Source: Selaginella moellendorffii | Lineage: Eukaryota > Plantae > Lycopodiophyta | Direction of reading: 5' to 3' | Length of the DNA: 64,000 nt | Assembly: GCF_000143415.4 (NCBI RefSeq) | Contig: NW_003314403.1 | Span: forward strand, 203,743-267,742 | Shown: positions 37,539-51,300 of the stretch, piece after piece | Position numbering within the stretch: position 1 is the stretch's first letter | Layout: each line of letters opens with the position of its first letter | Position numbers and translations under genes: made by a program | The notes under the pieces: model-generated | The model's input: only the letters and a program-made list of their open reading frames with translations | Told to the model about the DNA's origin: nothing | The model's database searches: none

Positions 37539-38640
37539 TGTGAGCCACAAATTTTTCCTTTCCAATTTGCCAGCTTACTTCGTCTATCCGACCAACACTG
37601 GCTTGGCTTTTGCTAAGTTCCCTCGCCAAGGTTCCCGCCTATTATACCAACTCCTACTTGGTCCTACTTGGTTTCAACTACTCACTACACGAGCAACGGA
37701 GCGTTAGCCATCCATCCATGGATTCCCAAATCTCTCCCAATTCCCCTCCCTGGGTTAGACTGGACTTAAGGTTTGGCTACACTCCCCGCAGGCACAAGCA
37801 GCCAAGCACACCAAGCCTCTAGATTCCTAATATCCCTTGGTACAACAAGACTTGATCATGGGACCCTCTAAATCCCAAGCCTTGGGTGCAACACTTGCTT
37901 CGGGATGCTGGGGTGAAACACCATGGCCTAATGGCCCAATATGGGTACCTCTACCCCCCCACTTCCATCCCGAAGGGAAGGCCCAAGCCCCTAGGACGGG
38001 TGAGGACCAATAAGCCACAAGGTACTCAAGTGGGGCACCACTCCACATGAGCCGGGATCACTGCAATTGGTTTCCCTTTCGAGAGTGGGAGCTGCTCTTG
38101 AGCACTTCCTTGGGTGGCCCCTCCGGCACCACCCAAGTCCATGCTCACTCCCACCCAAGGCCCCTCAGCCCCAGTCTCAACCTCAAGTCAGTTTGGAAGC
38201 ACCACTGGAGAGTTCTTTCAAGACTAGTTCCTGGACTATCCCTATTATACTTTTGGAACCCCCTGCAACCCCCCCCGGGGAGACACATGCTTTGGGCTTT
38301 CACCCCTTGACCCGTATTAGTACTTGGACTCGGTCTCGGACTCGATCTTGGACCTGATCTCGGACCCGACTTCGGACTCAGTCTTGGACTCGATCTCGGA
38401 CTCGACTTCGGACTCAACCTCGGACTCAGTCTCGGACCAGATTCGGATCTCAGACTCTGTCTCGAACTCAGTCTCCGATTTGGCCTCAGAATCGATCCCG
38501 GACTCTATCTCGAACTCGGTCTCAAAGTCGGTCTTGGACTCGATTTCCGACTCAGTCCCATCCGATGAACTCTTTGTCATTTTGGTCAAGCTTTTGGGGA
38601 TGCTTTAGCCTATGACACCTTGGGGAGTTGGTTCCTTACA
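37539..38640. mobile_element. Solo LTR (1102 bp) inserted in the 5' LTR of element A
   Basis: TGTGAGCC...CTTACA with perfect TSD GATAT (37534-37538 / 38641-38645). Contains a gactcg/gtctcg minisatellite at 38325-38555. Confidence 0.9.
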
Positions 38641-39899
38641 GATATGGGTACTCCATCAGCTAGCATGGAGTGGAACTTGGGCTTAGACCCAAGCCAAATG
38701 CAAAACAAAGATAGGCATGCAAGTGGGAGTTAGACTATGTCTCAGGTTGGTTAGTCATGCCCGACCTACCCAGTATCCCTACTATATATTTGGAACCCCC
38801 CATAGCGCCCCCGCCCCTTTGAGGAACACATGCTTTGGGCTTTCACTCCAAGCCTCCTTTAGTATCAGAAGTTAGTTTTTGGGACAAGCTCGAAATTTAC
38901 TAAATATGGAAGGGTGCTAGAATGCGAATTTGGACACGGGATGAACACCATTGTGTTCAGACCAATCTCTACATTCTGTAGATATGCCAAATGAGCAAAT
39001 CTAGACACTTTCCATAAATAGCATTTGAAACTAGAATGAGACTAACTCAAAGGGCATGATAGCAAGGGTGTTTGGCAGACATGGTAAGCTATCATTTAGT
39101 GATATTGAGGGACCAAGCTCAATATCACGGGGGTTCCCAACACTAACAAGTGCAAGTCAACGAATGAGTTTCTCTAACCAGGTCAAGTATGCTTGATTAA
39201 ATAGACACTTAGGAATTCCTTCCTTATGCTCATCTGGTCAAGTGCACATGCGAAGACTAGTTTCTCAATTAGCTTAGGCGAAGACTGATAACGGGTCCAA
39301 CAATACTGACCTCCTGCCGTCGTGGTAGTAAGAAAAGAGTGTTCGTAAGGACTAGCCGACAGGTAACTTTCGATACCCGTAGTCACATTCACGACACTAA
39401 CACATAAGTGTTCCTTGCTCAACTTTGTTATTTGGATTTCTTCCAATGATTTCTATAGCTAACACTTGGCCACTAGTCCTTTGCTCCTACCCTTTGATTG
39501 TTGCACTAAACAACACATGATCATTACTTCCATCCTTGAAGTATTCTTTTTGTTCCATAGCAAAAGCTTTGCTTTGCTAAGTCTAAAGGGTGTTCACCTC
39601 TAGTAAGTCTCTTCAATATTTTCTCTATTCATGGCCCAACTTTGCCACCCACCCATGGGTCCTTCCTTGGAAACTATTTTCTTAAATTCATAATACAATT
39701 GTATTGTTGCAGTTCATTTCCCTTTTCTCCATCTTGGGTTCATCTTGGGACTATCTTAGGTTCCATCTTGAGTCCATCTCGGACTCCATCTTGGGTCCAT
39801 CTTGAACTCCATCTCAGGTCCATTTCAGATTCCATCTCAAACTCCATCTTGGGTTCACCTCAGACTCTATCTCGAGTCCATCTCAAACTCATGGTTGAT

Positions 39900-40980
39900 T
39901 GACTTAAACCTTTGATAACACATGATCTCTATAATCTCCTTGGTATGGCTGAAGTTTTAACATTTTGTGAAGGACTTTTTAGAAATAGTACTCCATTGAC
40001 TAATCGATTTTAAAACACATTAAAATATGCTATTATTCATGATTGGGATGGGAAGTGTTAAGCAACATTTTAGCAATTGAAACAATAATATATCTCTACT
40101 TCTATGTTAAGGATTTTTTATTTATTAAGGGATGCCTCTCACCTTTTTTTAGTGTTATAATGTATGAAGAGTTGAGCATTTGGGGGGTACTAAGGATGTA
40201 TGTGTTGGTGAAGAGGTATTTTTTTTGACCTAGGATAAAATTAGATGTTGAGAAGTATGTAAGTGGTTGTTTAATCTAGGTGGTCAAAGCTGATCATTAA
40301 AAGCTTGTTGGTATTTATCATCTGGGATAACATCTTAATGAACTTTATCACTTAAACCTTTTGAAAAAATAATGTTATTTGGGTTTTTGTGGATTGATAA
40401 CTTACTTCTTATTAGTTAAGATGATAATTAAAGCAAGTGTTTATAGATTGGTTATTCAATCCCTATGGTTTGCCAGGTGACATTATAAATGATTAAGATC
40501 CCATAGAATGTGATAAAAAAATTAACTGATCAACATTGTCATCATTAAGAGTAAAGTAAGTTTTCCTTAAGCTATCACATACACAACAATCTCTAAAGGA
40601 GGTAGTAGTGCTAAGTTATCTCTATAATATTATTGGCCTTAAACAATTTTGTAATGCATGAGGCATTTGGATTTTCTAACTAGTTCAAAGATAAATAGAC
40701 TTATTAGCTAATTTGAAAATTCATCCAATATTTTATTTGAGCAAGTTTAAAATGTATTTGCACTCTAGTGATGTCATGGATTAATCCATCATCTAAATCA
40801 TAAAGATTGATGTTGAGAAGGTTGGTGTAACTAATATTCTTGCTCAAGAATTCAAGAGTTGTTGGTTTAGTGAAATAAATATCCTATAGACTATGTTATA
40901 TAAGAAACTGAAAATGACATAGAATTTCTCAAGTTTTGGTGAGTTTTAGTCATGAGAGGGAGAATGACAACAACAATATT
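39900..40980 (+). mobile_element. Highly decayed Gypsy integrase relic
   Basis: LVKRYFF*PRIKLDVEKYVSGCLI (integrase Zn-finger region) and YGLPGDIIND-like (cf. HGxPxxIISDRD). Confidence 0.55.
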
Positions 40981-41595
40981 TTAAGAGCCCTGGTTGAGGT
41001 TGGGCTGGCTACGTCATAAAGCCAAACGATAGCGAAATCTTCTCCAAGGTGGGCGATGCGGGGCAGATCGCACAGTTCTGGCCGGTTCAAGTGATGGCAA
41101 GAGTTGTGTCCTCCACTTCGATTTCACCGTGAGGGACAAGACAGTGTTGAGGAAGATAGAAGACGCCACACCAACAAGATGGCTCAAGGAGCTCAAGGTC
41201 TCGCTCTCCTGCCTCAAAACATCCGAAGCTACAGGCCATTGGCTCTTACAGTTCTAGACTTCGAGGTGTGGGGCAGCCTTGAATTGCGTGTGGAGGTTGC
41301 TCTCGTGCTTGCGCAAGCTCAAGAGCTTCCGGATGGCTGGAGACTTCTACAGTTTTAAAAGCCTCTTTGCAAAGCTGCCAGTTTTGCAGCGCTACAAGTG
41401 TGTCTTCCTCCTCGTGGCATGCCCAATGCTGGAGTATCTCAGCGGGCTTGTGGACACCTCGAAAGAAAGAGTGCCAGCCTCGAGAGTTTCTCAGGGCGAC
41501 GAGGTTGCAGCGAGAACGTGAAAGTTTACGATGATCACCGTATCCTTTTTGCATGTCTTTTTAATAACCTTAGTTTTCTAGGGCAGGGAAAAGCT

Positions 41596-42027
41596 ATGGC
41601 GGAGGTGGAAGCGACGGTGGAGTTCCTTAAAGCAGTCATGGATTTCTCGAGGACAGGCGTGAAACCTGACTGGATAGAGGTGGAGTATGGTCCTTATGAC
41701 ATCCGTGGATATAAGGATTCTAGGCCTAAACGGGTTAAATCTCAAGAGGTGTTGGAAGAGATTGACAGGAAGAACAAGGAGCTGTGGGAACTGTACAGCC
41801 ATGGAAATGTATTTGGCACTATTTGCTCTAAGTGGGTTTGCTATGGGCACTGTGGATTTGATGATTCGGATCCCTTGTGTAGCAAGGAGCATCCTCCAGA
41901 GTATCGAGGTAAATCAGGCTCCATCCTGGATAATGAATTAGCGTTCGCTCGCCAGAGAGTCCAGAATGGCCAGGTTGACAGGAGGATCTTGCCTCCAAGT
42001 GGATGTAAGTCATTGAATAAAATTTGA
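41596..42027 (+). CDS. Orphan protein or exon with a CCCH-type zinc finger (C-x8-C-x8-C-x3-H)
   Basis: Stop-free frame MAEVEATVEFLKAVMDF...ICSKWVCYGHCGFDDSDPLCSKEHP. AG acceptor at 41581 and a possible GT donor at 42005. Flanking exon-like relics lie at 41050-41520 and 42100-42640. Confidence 0.5.
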   Translation: MAEVEATVEFLKAVMDFSRTGVKPDWIEVEYGPYDIRGYKDSRPKRVKSQEVLEEIDRKNKELWELYSHGNVFGTICSKWVCYGHCGFDDSDPLCSKEHPPEYRGKSGSILDNELAFARQRVQNGQVDRRILPPSGCKSLNKI

Positions 42028-45000
42028 TTTTGCGCGTTGCCATCATCCAAGAGGTGAGTCTCCTTGCTCTTTGTTTGTTCTCCAACCTCTCTTTGTAGGC
42101 CGGGGTGGAGAACGGTTGGGCAAGCTTCTGTATATGGTACCCCGATTTCTTTGCTCGGTAAGATCATTAGCCAGGTTGCCATTGTTATCACGTCTGTTGT
42201 TCATTTGGTAGATGTTATCAGTGCCGTAAGTCGCGATCCCGAAGTTTGAGAGGGCAGTTTGTTTATCTTTTTCTTTGTTCTCCCTTCTCATGCACAATGT
42301 TCCAGAGGACGTAAAGGCTGCAGTTGATGCTGTGATCAACAGAAACAAGTCAAAGCTTTTTGAAAGTGAGGATTTTGCTTTAATAATAACTCCCTTCTGG
42401 TATCAGCTTTGGCGGCAGCCGTGCTGCTGGTGAGGGAGCTCCAGCTGCCCGCTGATCAGAGAGAAGCTGCTGGGGGAGAAAACAGAAAAACCAACAAAGT
42501 TTGCGTCACAATTGTCAGCGTGACGTGTAAGTTAAATTGCTTAGAATTGCTCGCTTTGCTGGCTGTAACTTGAGTCCTGATCATGTCGAGACAGTGAGAT
42601 GTGTACCTGAGAAGCTGCTTTGGCCGAAGAAGAGGTAGGTTTTTATACTTCTCTCCATTGCAGCTATAAGAAACAATGACATCATTTCCTAGTGGAGCGC
42701 AGGCCGTCTATAGTGGAGACCGTGTTGCAACACAACAAACTAAACCGTATGTGGTCTTCTCTTAGAAGATAGAATTCCATCACTGTTGCATTGCTTACTC
42801 AGGAAATAAGGTCACACTCCAGCAACTAAGGCATGCTTAAGTGGCTATGCCTTTGTATGCATGGAGGCATGCTCTCTTCACCATGGTCGTTAAGTATGCT
42901 AGTGTTATGATCTGGCACAAAAAAGACAAAGATCTAGCTGTTTTAGACTACACTATGCCACCTCTTGAGGTTCCTCACCACCCAACCACCCCCAAACTAC
43001 CTCAAAAACTCCATTATGCTGCCACTCCAAGTTAGACATGGTAAACTATCATCTAACAAATTGACCATGTGGTCAAATTTGATGTTTAATTCTTTCCCCC
43101 CAATAAAGTCTTTGTCTCAAGGATGAGTTGTACCAGTGATCATCCTTTTTGGGCAACTTTGCTCAAGCTCTTGGTCCATCTTCCACAGCTGTATACATCA
43201 ATGAGGCATTGGGCCCGTCACTCCAAGATAGTACACTTTTCAACTGACTAACATAGAATACTAGATGAATTTTCACCCTAGCTGACAATTGCACCTGATA
43301 AGTTGCTTTACCAATGCACTCTAGCACTTAATATGGACTAGCATATCAATGGGAAAGTTTATCATTCTTCCCTGTTTGTAAAAGTACCAAAGTGTTCTGC
43401 CAAAAGATCATTCGCACAAATACGAGATCACCCATATTATATTCTTGGAATTGGCAATGCTTATTAGCAAACTTCTCCGCTCTATCCTGAGTTACCTGCA
43501 AATTCCGTTTGCACACCACCAGAATCTCATTAAGTTCTGTGGCCAGATCAGTCGCCTCAGAATCAAGTTTATCTTGAATGTCCTTACTCAAATGCAATCC
43601 CAACTCTACTACTATTCAAGGATGCTTTCCAAATATTGCAAAGTAAGGACTTAACTTAGTTCCACTATATTGGTTATTGTTATAAGCAAATTGCACTAAC
43701 GAAAGATATAGATCCTATTGTCTTTGCTTTTGACCAATGCTACAACATAACATATCTTCCACCACCTAATTCACACGCTCAGTTTGCCCATCCGTCTGAG
43801 GATGATTTCCACTCGAGAGTTTCAAAATCACTTGCATAGCCTTTGCAAAGCTCTTCCAAAATCCACTGGTAAACTTTGAATCTCGATCACTAATAATATT
43901 CTTTAGCAAACCAAAATAAGGAAAAACCTTCTCTAAGTAAACCGCAACCAAGTCTAAGGCAGCGACAGTCTTCCAAAGAGCCAACAACTGCACATCCTTC
44001 GTTAACCAATCCACTATGACCTATACTTGCTTCTTTTACCTTTGTATTTATGGCAAACAAGTGATGAAGTCCATAAAGATACTATACCAATGGCTTTAAG
44101 GAATAGGTAAAGGTTGCAAAAGTCCCCCAGGCTTCTCCCGTGGCACCTTAACCTGTTGACAGAGCTTGCATGATTTACAATACTTGACGATATCAACTTT
44201 CATATTCCTCCAATAAAAATTGCACTTAATTAACTCATATGTCTTCTTCCCCCAAAATGACCGGCCTCTGGACGATCATGATAGTGGAATAAAACTTGAG
44301 TAATTAACGCATCCACCTGTGGAAATATATACAGTCATTGTAGTATTTGCTATTTAAATGGATGCATTAATTACTGTAGTAATTAACGCTACAGTAATTG
44401 TGTTAACTCGCTGACCACCTTACTCAAATGATGACAAAATCGGGAGTTTCGTATTAAGCATCGTCCGGAAAAATCAAATGTGGTGGCAAATGCTTTATCT
44501 CGTGTTTGTCATGTGACGACATTCCAAACTCCATGAGTTTAACAATCTAACAAGCTTGCCTAGTGTTCAACTCCTCTTATGTGAAAAGATACATAAGTCA
44601 TTTGTGATCTGTCAACACCATGAACATTGCACCATAAAGATAGTGCCACCACATCCGTAAAGCATGAACAATAGAAAGTAACTTTTGCTTATATATGGAA
44701 TAGTGTTGCTCTGCAGAATTCAAAGTTCAACTCTTATATACAATAGGATATCCCTTTTCCATGAGAAATCCTCCCAATGGATAACAACTCGCATCCCATA
44801 TCACCTCATAAGTTTTCGATGAATCAGCAATGCGAAGCATTGAAATCTCGCTCAACAATCATTTTAGTGCCACAAAACTATCCTCTTGTGGCTTCTTCAA
44901 CTCGAATGGCACATTTTTGCATAACAACTGTGTCAAAAGAATAACCACCTTTGCAAACTTATGTTGGAAATGTCGGTAATAACTAGCCATACCAAGAAAA

Positions 45001-45303
45001 CTATGCAACTCGGCCACTATATTTGGTGTAGGTCAGTTTTCCACCACAACCACCTTTCTTGGATTCATCTTGACACCCTTAGATATCATAATATGGCTTA
45101 AATATTCCATCTCCAACTTTGCAAACTCATATTTGCTCTTCTTCGCATAAAGTTTGCTGTCTTAGAGTAACAAATGAACCTTGCGTAAATGCACCTTATG
45201 CTCCTCCATATTTTTGCTAAAAACAAGAATATCATCCAAGAAAATCTCCACAAACTAATAATTTGGTTTTGCCAACCAACACTTCCAGTCCCTTGATACA
45301 AGC

Positions 45304-48300
45304 TGTCGCAAATGTGATTTCGAGTATCGAAAGTTACCTGTCAACCGGTCCTTACGGACACTCTTTCCTTACTACCATGACGGCAGGAGGTCGGTATTGC
45401 TAGTTCCCTTTATCAGCCCCTCTTGTTCAAGTGTTAGTTTACTGAGCTTAGCACCTGTACTTAGTCAGATGGACATAAAGTAGGAACTCCTATGTGTTTC
45501 TAGCTGAGCATACTCGGCTTGGCTCTTAGTTCTCTTTTGCTCTGTCTTGCATTGGCTTGACAAAAACCCTCGCGTATTAAGATTAGTCCCTCAATATCGC
45601 TGGATGATAGCTTACCGTGTCTGCCAAACACCCTTGCTATCATGCCCTTTGTGTTAGTCTTATTTTGGTCCCAAATGCTATTTATGGAAAGTGTCTAGAT
45701 TCACTCATTTGGCATATCTACGGAATGTAGAGATCAGCCTGAACACAATGGTGTTCATCCCATGTCCAAATTCACAATCTAAGGACATTTTATATTTAGT
45801 AAGTTTCAAGCTTGTCCCAGAGACTAACTCCTGATACTAAGGGAGGCTTGGGGTGAAAGACCAAAGCATGTGTTCCTCAAGGGGGGGGGGGGGGGGGGGG
45901 GGGGGGCTTCCAAATATATAGTAGGGATAGTGGGTAGGTCAAGCATGGCCGACCAACCTGAGGCATAGTCTAGCTCCCGCTTGCGTGGCTATCCTTGTTC
46001 TGCGTCCGGCTTGAGTCTAAGCCCAAGTTCCATTCCATGCTAGCTGGTGGAGTACCTATATCCTCACGTTAGGCCATCGGTATGCTGAAATAGCGCCAGA
46101 CTCCATTTGGCTCCGTTTTGCATGCTGGTCTTGGCATTGGGATGTTGGTTGCTCTAGGACTGTTTCAAGTTGCTCCGGGCTCCTGTCCCTTCACTTCTTG
46201 GGTTATATGCTTGGGAGTTGCTCCGTGGTTCGGTTCCGTCACTCCTTGGCTCCATGCTTAGGAGTTTGGCACCGTTCTTTTGTTTAGTGGCCCAAGGCCC
46301 TAAACCGAGGGTTCCACACCATGTTCCTTTGGACATGTGGCATGTGACACATGGCATCTGGCACGTGGCATAAAGAGAGTTTAGGTTCCGCTTCGTGGTG
46401 TTATCCTATGGTAAATCACCATAGGATAGAGGGTAAAAACCACATGTGCTACATTTGGTATTAGAGAATGAATCTCAACGAGATCTATCCAAGGAGATTG
46501 GGCAACTAGTCTTGTTGCATACACAGAGATGAAAACAATGATCCGAGTGAGTACACATTTGGGTGCAAAGGCTTCACAATTGGTTCCTTGGGTATGGATA
46601 TTATTACCTTGTTGTACCTTATGATGTGAGCTTGCGCTTGGGCTCATAGGATGGTTTGGAGATGTTCCATGTACCATGGGTGAAAGTAAACTTTCCCTGG
46701 GTTTGCTATGAGTGGCAAATAGGCTGGTCCGTAGCTGTTTAGCACGGCACTAGTGGATTCTTCCTAGGCATGATTATGAGTGGATCAATCAAGACTGTAG
46801 TGATTAGTCTATTGGTTCAAGTAATCATTGTCGTGTTCTCTCATAGACTTTTCTTGGATTGAATTGAAGGTAGTGCAAAAGCAAACTTGAGGTTTAGTCA
46901 AAGATGAGACCGAAAAGAGAGTTGTCAGGGACGAAGGATCAAACACGTAAATCATTTTCTCTTGGAGAAATGATTTGCAACGAGGTGTTAACTCATTGCT
47001 TGTGTTCACATCATGCAAACAAGAGTCCCTATCTTGATGCATGTTGGAGATGATGGTTTTACAATGGTGAGTTGTGAGATGGATAGCAGTGAAGTGCTAT
47101 ACCATTTTGTTTAGGCTTGCTTATGGAAGACTGGGGTTATAATGCTCAATTCTTTTCTGGGGAACTTTGCTATTGCTCCTTGAGTAGTTTGGTGTTGGAT
47201 TAGTTTTGAGTTTAGTTGGAAAAAGAGTGGCATGAGTTTGTCCATATTGTGAACAAAAGTTGGTGGTGTTCAGTGTTGTGAATCTCTATCGGTGAAGTGT
47301 GGCATTTATGTTGCATTTTGTTGAATTGAGTTGACACTTGATACTTACGTAAACCTTGGTAGTAATGATATGGGCGTTGCTTGTAGTGTTGCTCAATTGA
47401 TGATCAAGTCATTGTGATACTCATATCATATCTATATAATAATGAGCAATGTGTTTACGAAGTTTCTTGGTTAAATGATGATTAACCCCAAAGTGGTTGA
47501 TGGTGAAGCTAGTCTACTTGGAGAAAGTGGCATTGTAGTAGCCTTGACTGGATTTTCGATGGTGGTCCATTATGCTAAGCTTAAATAGGTACCTTGTTTT
47601 CTAGAGTTCGCCCATTAAGGTGTTGGAAAAAGGTTATAGCATTCATCTGCTATAACTTGTCAGTTAATCCGTTAACACTTGGAGTAAATTGTTGGATGGA
47701 GAATGTGTGTAGTTGGGGCATTGACATCACTAGCACTTGTGTTAGTGGAAGTGGCATTGTTATTTCAAGTGATGAGGAATTTCCCTTAGACCTTGATTTT
47801 CCATGTCATTTTTCTTGTTAGTGTTTTGGCTTCACATTGAATCTTGAAGGTGATTGAAGAAGAGTGTTAGTGCAATATGGATATCCAAAGATGTGGTCTT
47901 CGTGATCAAGCCTTGGATGTTCATTTTGCACTTTGCGGATGTTGGTGTTGGATATTGGTTAGATGAGCAAAGATGTTCGATGCTTAAGCATATTGATGGA
48001 TCATGAGAATTTGTATCGAGGTGAACTTATGTGAAGTTGTTTGTAGGAGGAAGTTGGTCGAGTCTTGAAAGTTTGCAATCCTAGATTGAGAGTCATTCTT
48101 TCTCTAGGATGGAAATTTTCCACAAATTTTCTTACACTTCTCCAATGGCTGATCTGTTGATCACTTTGCCGAAAACCATTCCGTTTACAAACTAGTGAAG
48201 GGGTTAGAGTTAACTTCGGTTAGCTTAGAACTTGGTAAGTAGTTTGTATGATGCAACCCAAAAGGGATGCTGACTTTTGGGGCTAAGGCAATTGAGTTGG

Positions 48301-51300
48301 ATAGAGTCTGGAGTTGGTGTAGAAAAGTGGCTGTGCACTTTTCTTTGAAAGGTGACCCTTGGACCTTTCTTTTGTAGCGTTGTGCTTGGTGGCAGGTTGC
48401 ACCTTGCATTACGTTAGACTCTATGAGAGTAGTGAGCTCTCACTAATCTTGACTTAGTCTTGGTGGACCTGTGCCTTGGCTGAGGATGGTGATGTCCAAC
48501 TTAGTTGTTTAAGGTTGAAATGTTGGTATTCATACTATAGCTATATCTATGAGGAGGTTGTGTACTGATATGAGTCCATCTTATGGTCTTCACTTTAGTT
48601 TCGACTGAATGTTGATTGCATAGCTAGCTTCTTCCAGGCATGCTCAGAGCTTTTGGCTAAATGCATTAGTGAGCTTATTATGGTTGAGTTGGATTCGAGT
48701 GGTCATTTAGTTTATGTTTGTCTATGAACTTTTATCTCGTACTTGGGGTATCATATTCATGTTGGACAAGTATATAACTTGATAACAAGAGTTAGTGTTT
48801 GGGTCTTGTGAAGGCAAGTTGAGGGGTGATTGTTAGTTGCTTTGTGACTAGTGATTACTTGTAGACTTAGTCAAGGACTGTTGACACTTGTTTTGCTCGA
48901 TGATGATTTAGCAGTGATGGGCTTGCTTTACTGGATGATGTTGCAGAGGATCGTGTCATTAGACTTACATGGTTTTTCCATGTTGACATGTTGACTCTAC
49001 CTCTGTCGATATCATTTGGTTACATCTAGTCCGTAGTGTTGGATTTCATTGAGTTTTGGACGTGGTGAATCACTCCTTGATGAAGTGTTATCTATAACTG
49101 AGTTTTGTTGGAGGATTGGTCTCGGATACTGACTAAGGTATCTTCGACTTTGGTTAGCTTGGTTGTTGGAGAGTTTTGAGTGGTGATTCACTCGTGTTTT
49201 CTTCTAGCTTTGTTTTGGTGTTGATGGCATTGAAGTGATGCTTTGTCATTGACATTGTTATTATTGAGATCTGAGTGAAATAAGATATCCTTCCAAGGAT
49301 TGATATTGAATTTCATTAGTCTTGATGAATATAGTGTTAATGATTTGGCTATAGCTTTGTGTTATTGGCATTCATGCATTTGCTAGTTAGCAACTGTGTT
49401 AACGTTCAAACGAACTAAGTGGCAAGTTGAGTTAGTTGTATTCTAGACGAGATTATTTAGTAGAGAGTTGAGCTTTAGCTTTTCCTTGAAAAGTGATTTA
49501 GTTGTGGACTATGCTAACTCTACAAGAGGAAGAGTTAGTGATCGATATTAGAATGTTGACTCCTTGCTAGATTTGAGTTCGGGATATAGCGATCATTAAT
49601 GATTCTTTTTGGGCTTGTTATGAAGTGAGTTATGTCTTGTTATAGATGGATTTATGGAGGATCGTTTGATGATTACTTGTCGAGCATAGCTTTGTTATGC
49701 TTAGCTTTTGGATTGATGCAGACATGCTTTTTATTAGCTTTGGCATTATGAAGTTTGGCTTATGGATGTGTTGAGGAAGATATTGTGAGTTGCATCACGA
49801 TTTCTTCTTTAGCATTGAAGTTGGTTTATGCGAGACTCGTGATCATTGTTAGACAAGACTTGGCTATGGCTTCTTCGAGCTTTTGGTTCTTTGAGTTTTA
49901 TGCTTATTGTTCCATTTGTTAGAAGTTGTTGGGGGAAGGCATTTTGGCTTGTTAGCTTCAATGTTGAAGTTGGTTTTTGCATCTAGCAATCATTGGTGAT
50001 GATTGACTATCATCTAGGATAGTTGATTATCCTTGTCAAAGGTTTTGCTTGATTATTGTTAATCTAGAATGATTTACCATTCTTTGGGATGGTGGATTCT
50101 TTCTTCGATGACGATTATACATTTCTCTATTGATGGGATGATTAATGATCTTTCATGATGGTTAGTTGTTTCCTTTGATGGCTTATGGCTTTTCGCCATA
50201 CCAAATATTCTTTGTGGTTTGCTCTGGATTAGTCTCTGGGGTTTGAGACATCAGTAGGATGTTGCTAACATTTGCGTAAGCAATTTGAGTACCTTTGTAT
50301 TGTTGACCGAGATCTATTCAAATTAGCTTATATGGTAATTGGCATGAATGGGTGTTTGTTAGTTTTACCACATTCATTCTATTCTGTTGATTGTTGCTCG
50401 AGTTAGTTCTGATAGATTAGGATGTTATTTCCTTCGGGTAATACATTTGCGAGCATTGTGCTTGTCGGTTAAGGATACTTTGTGTTCTTTGAGTTATTTT
50501 TCGTAGGTTGTTTAGCATACTGTCTACAATCTTCGGTAGTTAAGTTTTCTCATTGAGTTTACTTGATGATATACTTACTATTGAATTTTGTTGGATGGTG
50601 AATCTTTTATTTTCCAAAGATAGTGATCTTGGTGTTTCTTATACTGTAATACTAGTTTATCGGATGATAACTTACTTGGAATACTTTTGTATTCTAATCT
50701 AAGATATATTCACTGATAAATAAGTCTCTAAGATATCATTGTCTATGACTTTGATATTGTCCATCTATTGTTCTTTGAGTTTGGGCTAGTATAGGCAGAC
50801 TAGCTTCAGCACTTCGTGTGCATGTTGAAATCTCTAGTCATGGGGTAGCTACTGTCGACTAGTCACATCACCCGCCTCTCTGTTGATGTTCCTTATTCTG
50901 TTGAAAGGGCATGACCGTGTAAACAACTCTAACTGCCTGTTTACAATAGTCTATCTAAACCTTACCAACAGGTTTGGTTTCTTTGCTCAGGAGGGTTGGG
51001 GCCTCTGGCTTCTCTCTCTATGTTCCTGCGGGTAGGGGCATATCACACTTTTGTAAGTTGGGTGACTCCCGGAGCAGCAAGGGTGGCTGACTTCGTTGGT
51101 CATTTCCTTGTCGGCGACGGCCGGAAGGTGTTTAAGTTGGTAGTGCATCCGCATTAGACAAAGAGGTTACTTCCTAACTCATTTAAGTTGGTGCATTTCT
51201 CACATAGTGTGAGTACCGTGAACTTTTTTTGGAGTTGTTTCATTAGCGGTATTCTAGACTCGAGTATGCATCGACGAGGACGTCGATCTTCCCTAAGGGG

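Larger units (their letters stand above)
30684..39396 (-). mobile_element. LTR retrotransposon element A (non-coding, LARD-like)
   Basis: LTRs 30684-31828 and 37145-39396 (the latter interrupted). PBS TGGTATCAGAG at 37142-37132, PPT at 31829-31840, degenerate TSD ttagc/ctaac. No intact ORF in ~5 kb of internal sequence. Confidence 0.88.

Noticed and set aside
45880-45906. Poly-G and poly-C tracts as special elements (also 27621 and 51884)
   Set aside because: Length-variable homopolymers inside or beside LTR copies, prone to sequencing error; one abuts an N gap.
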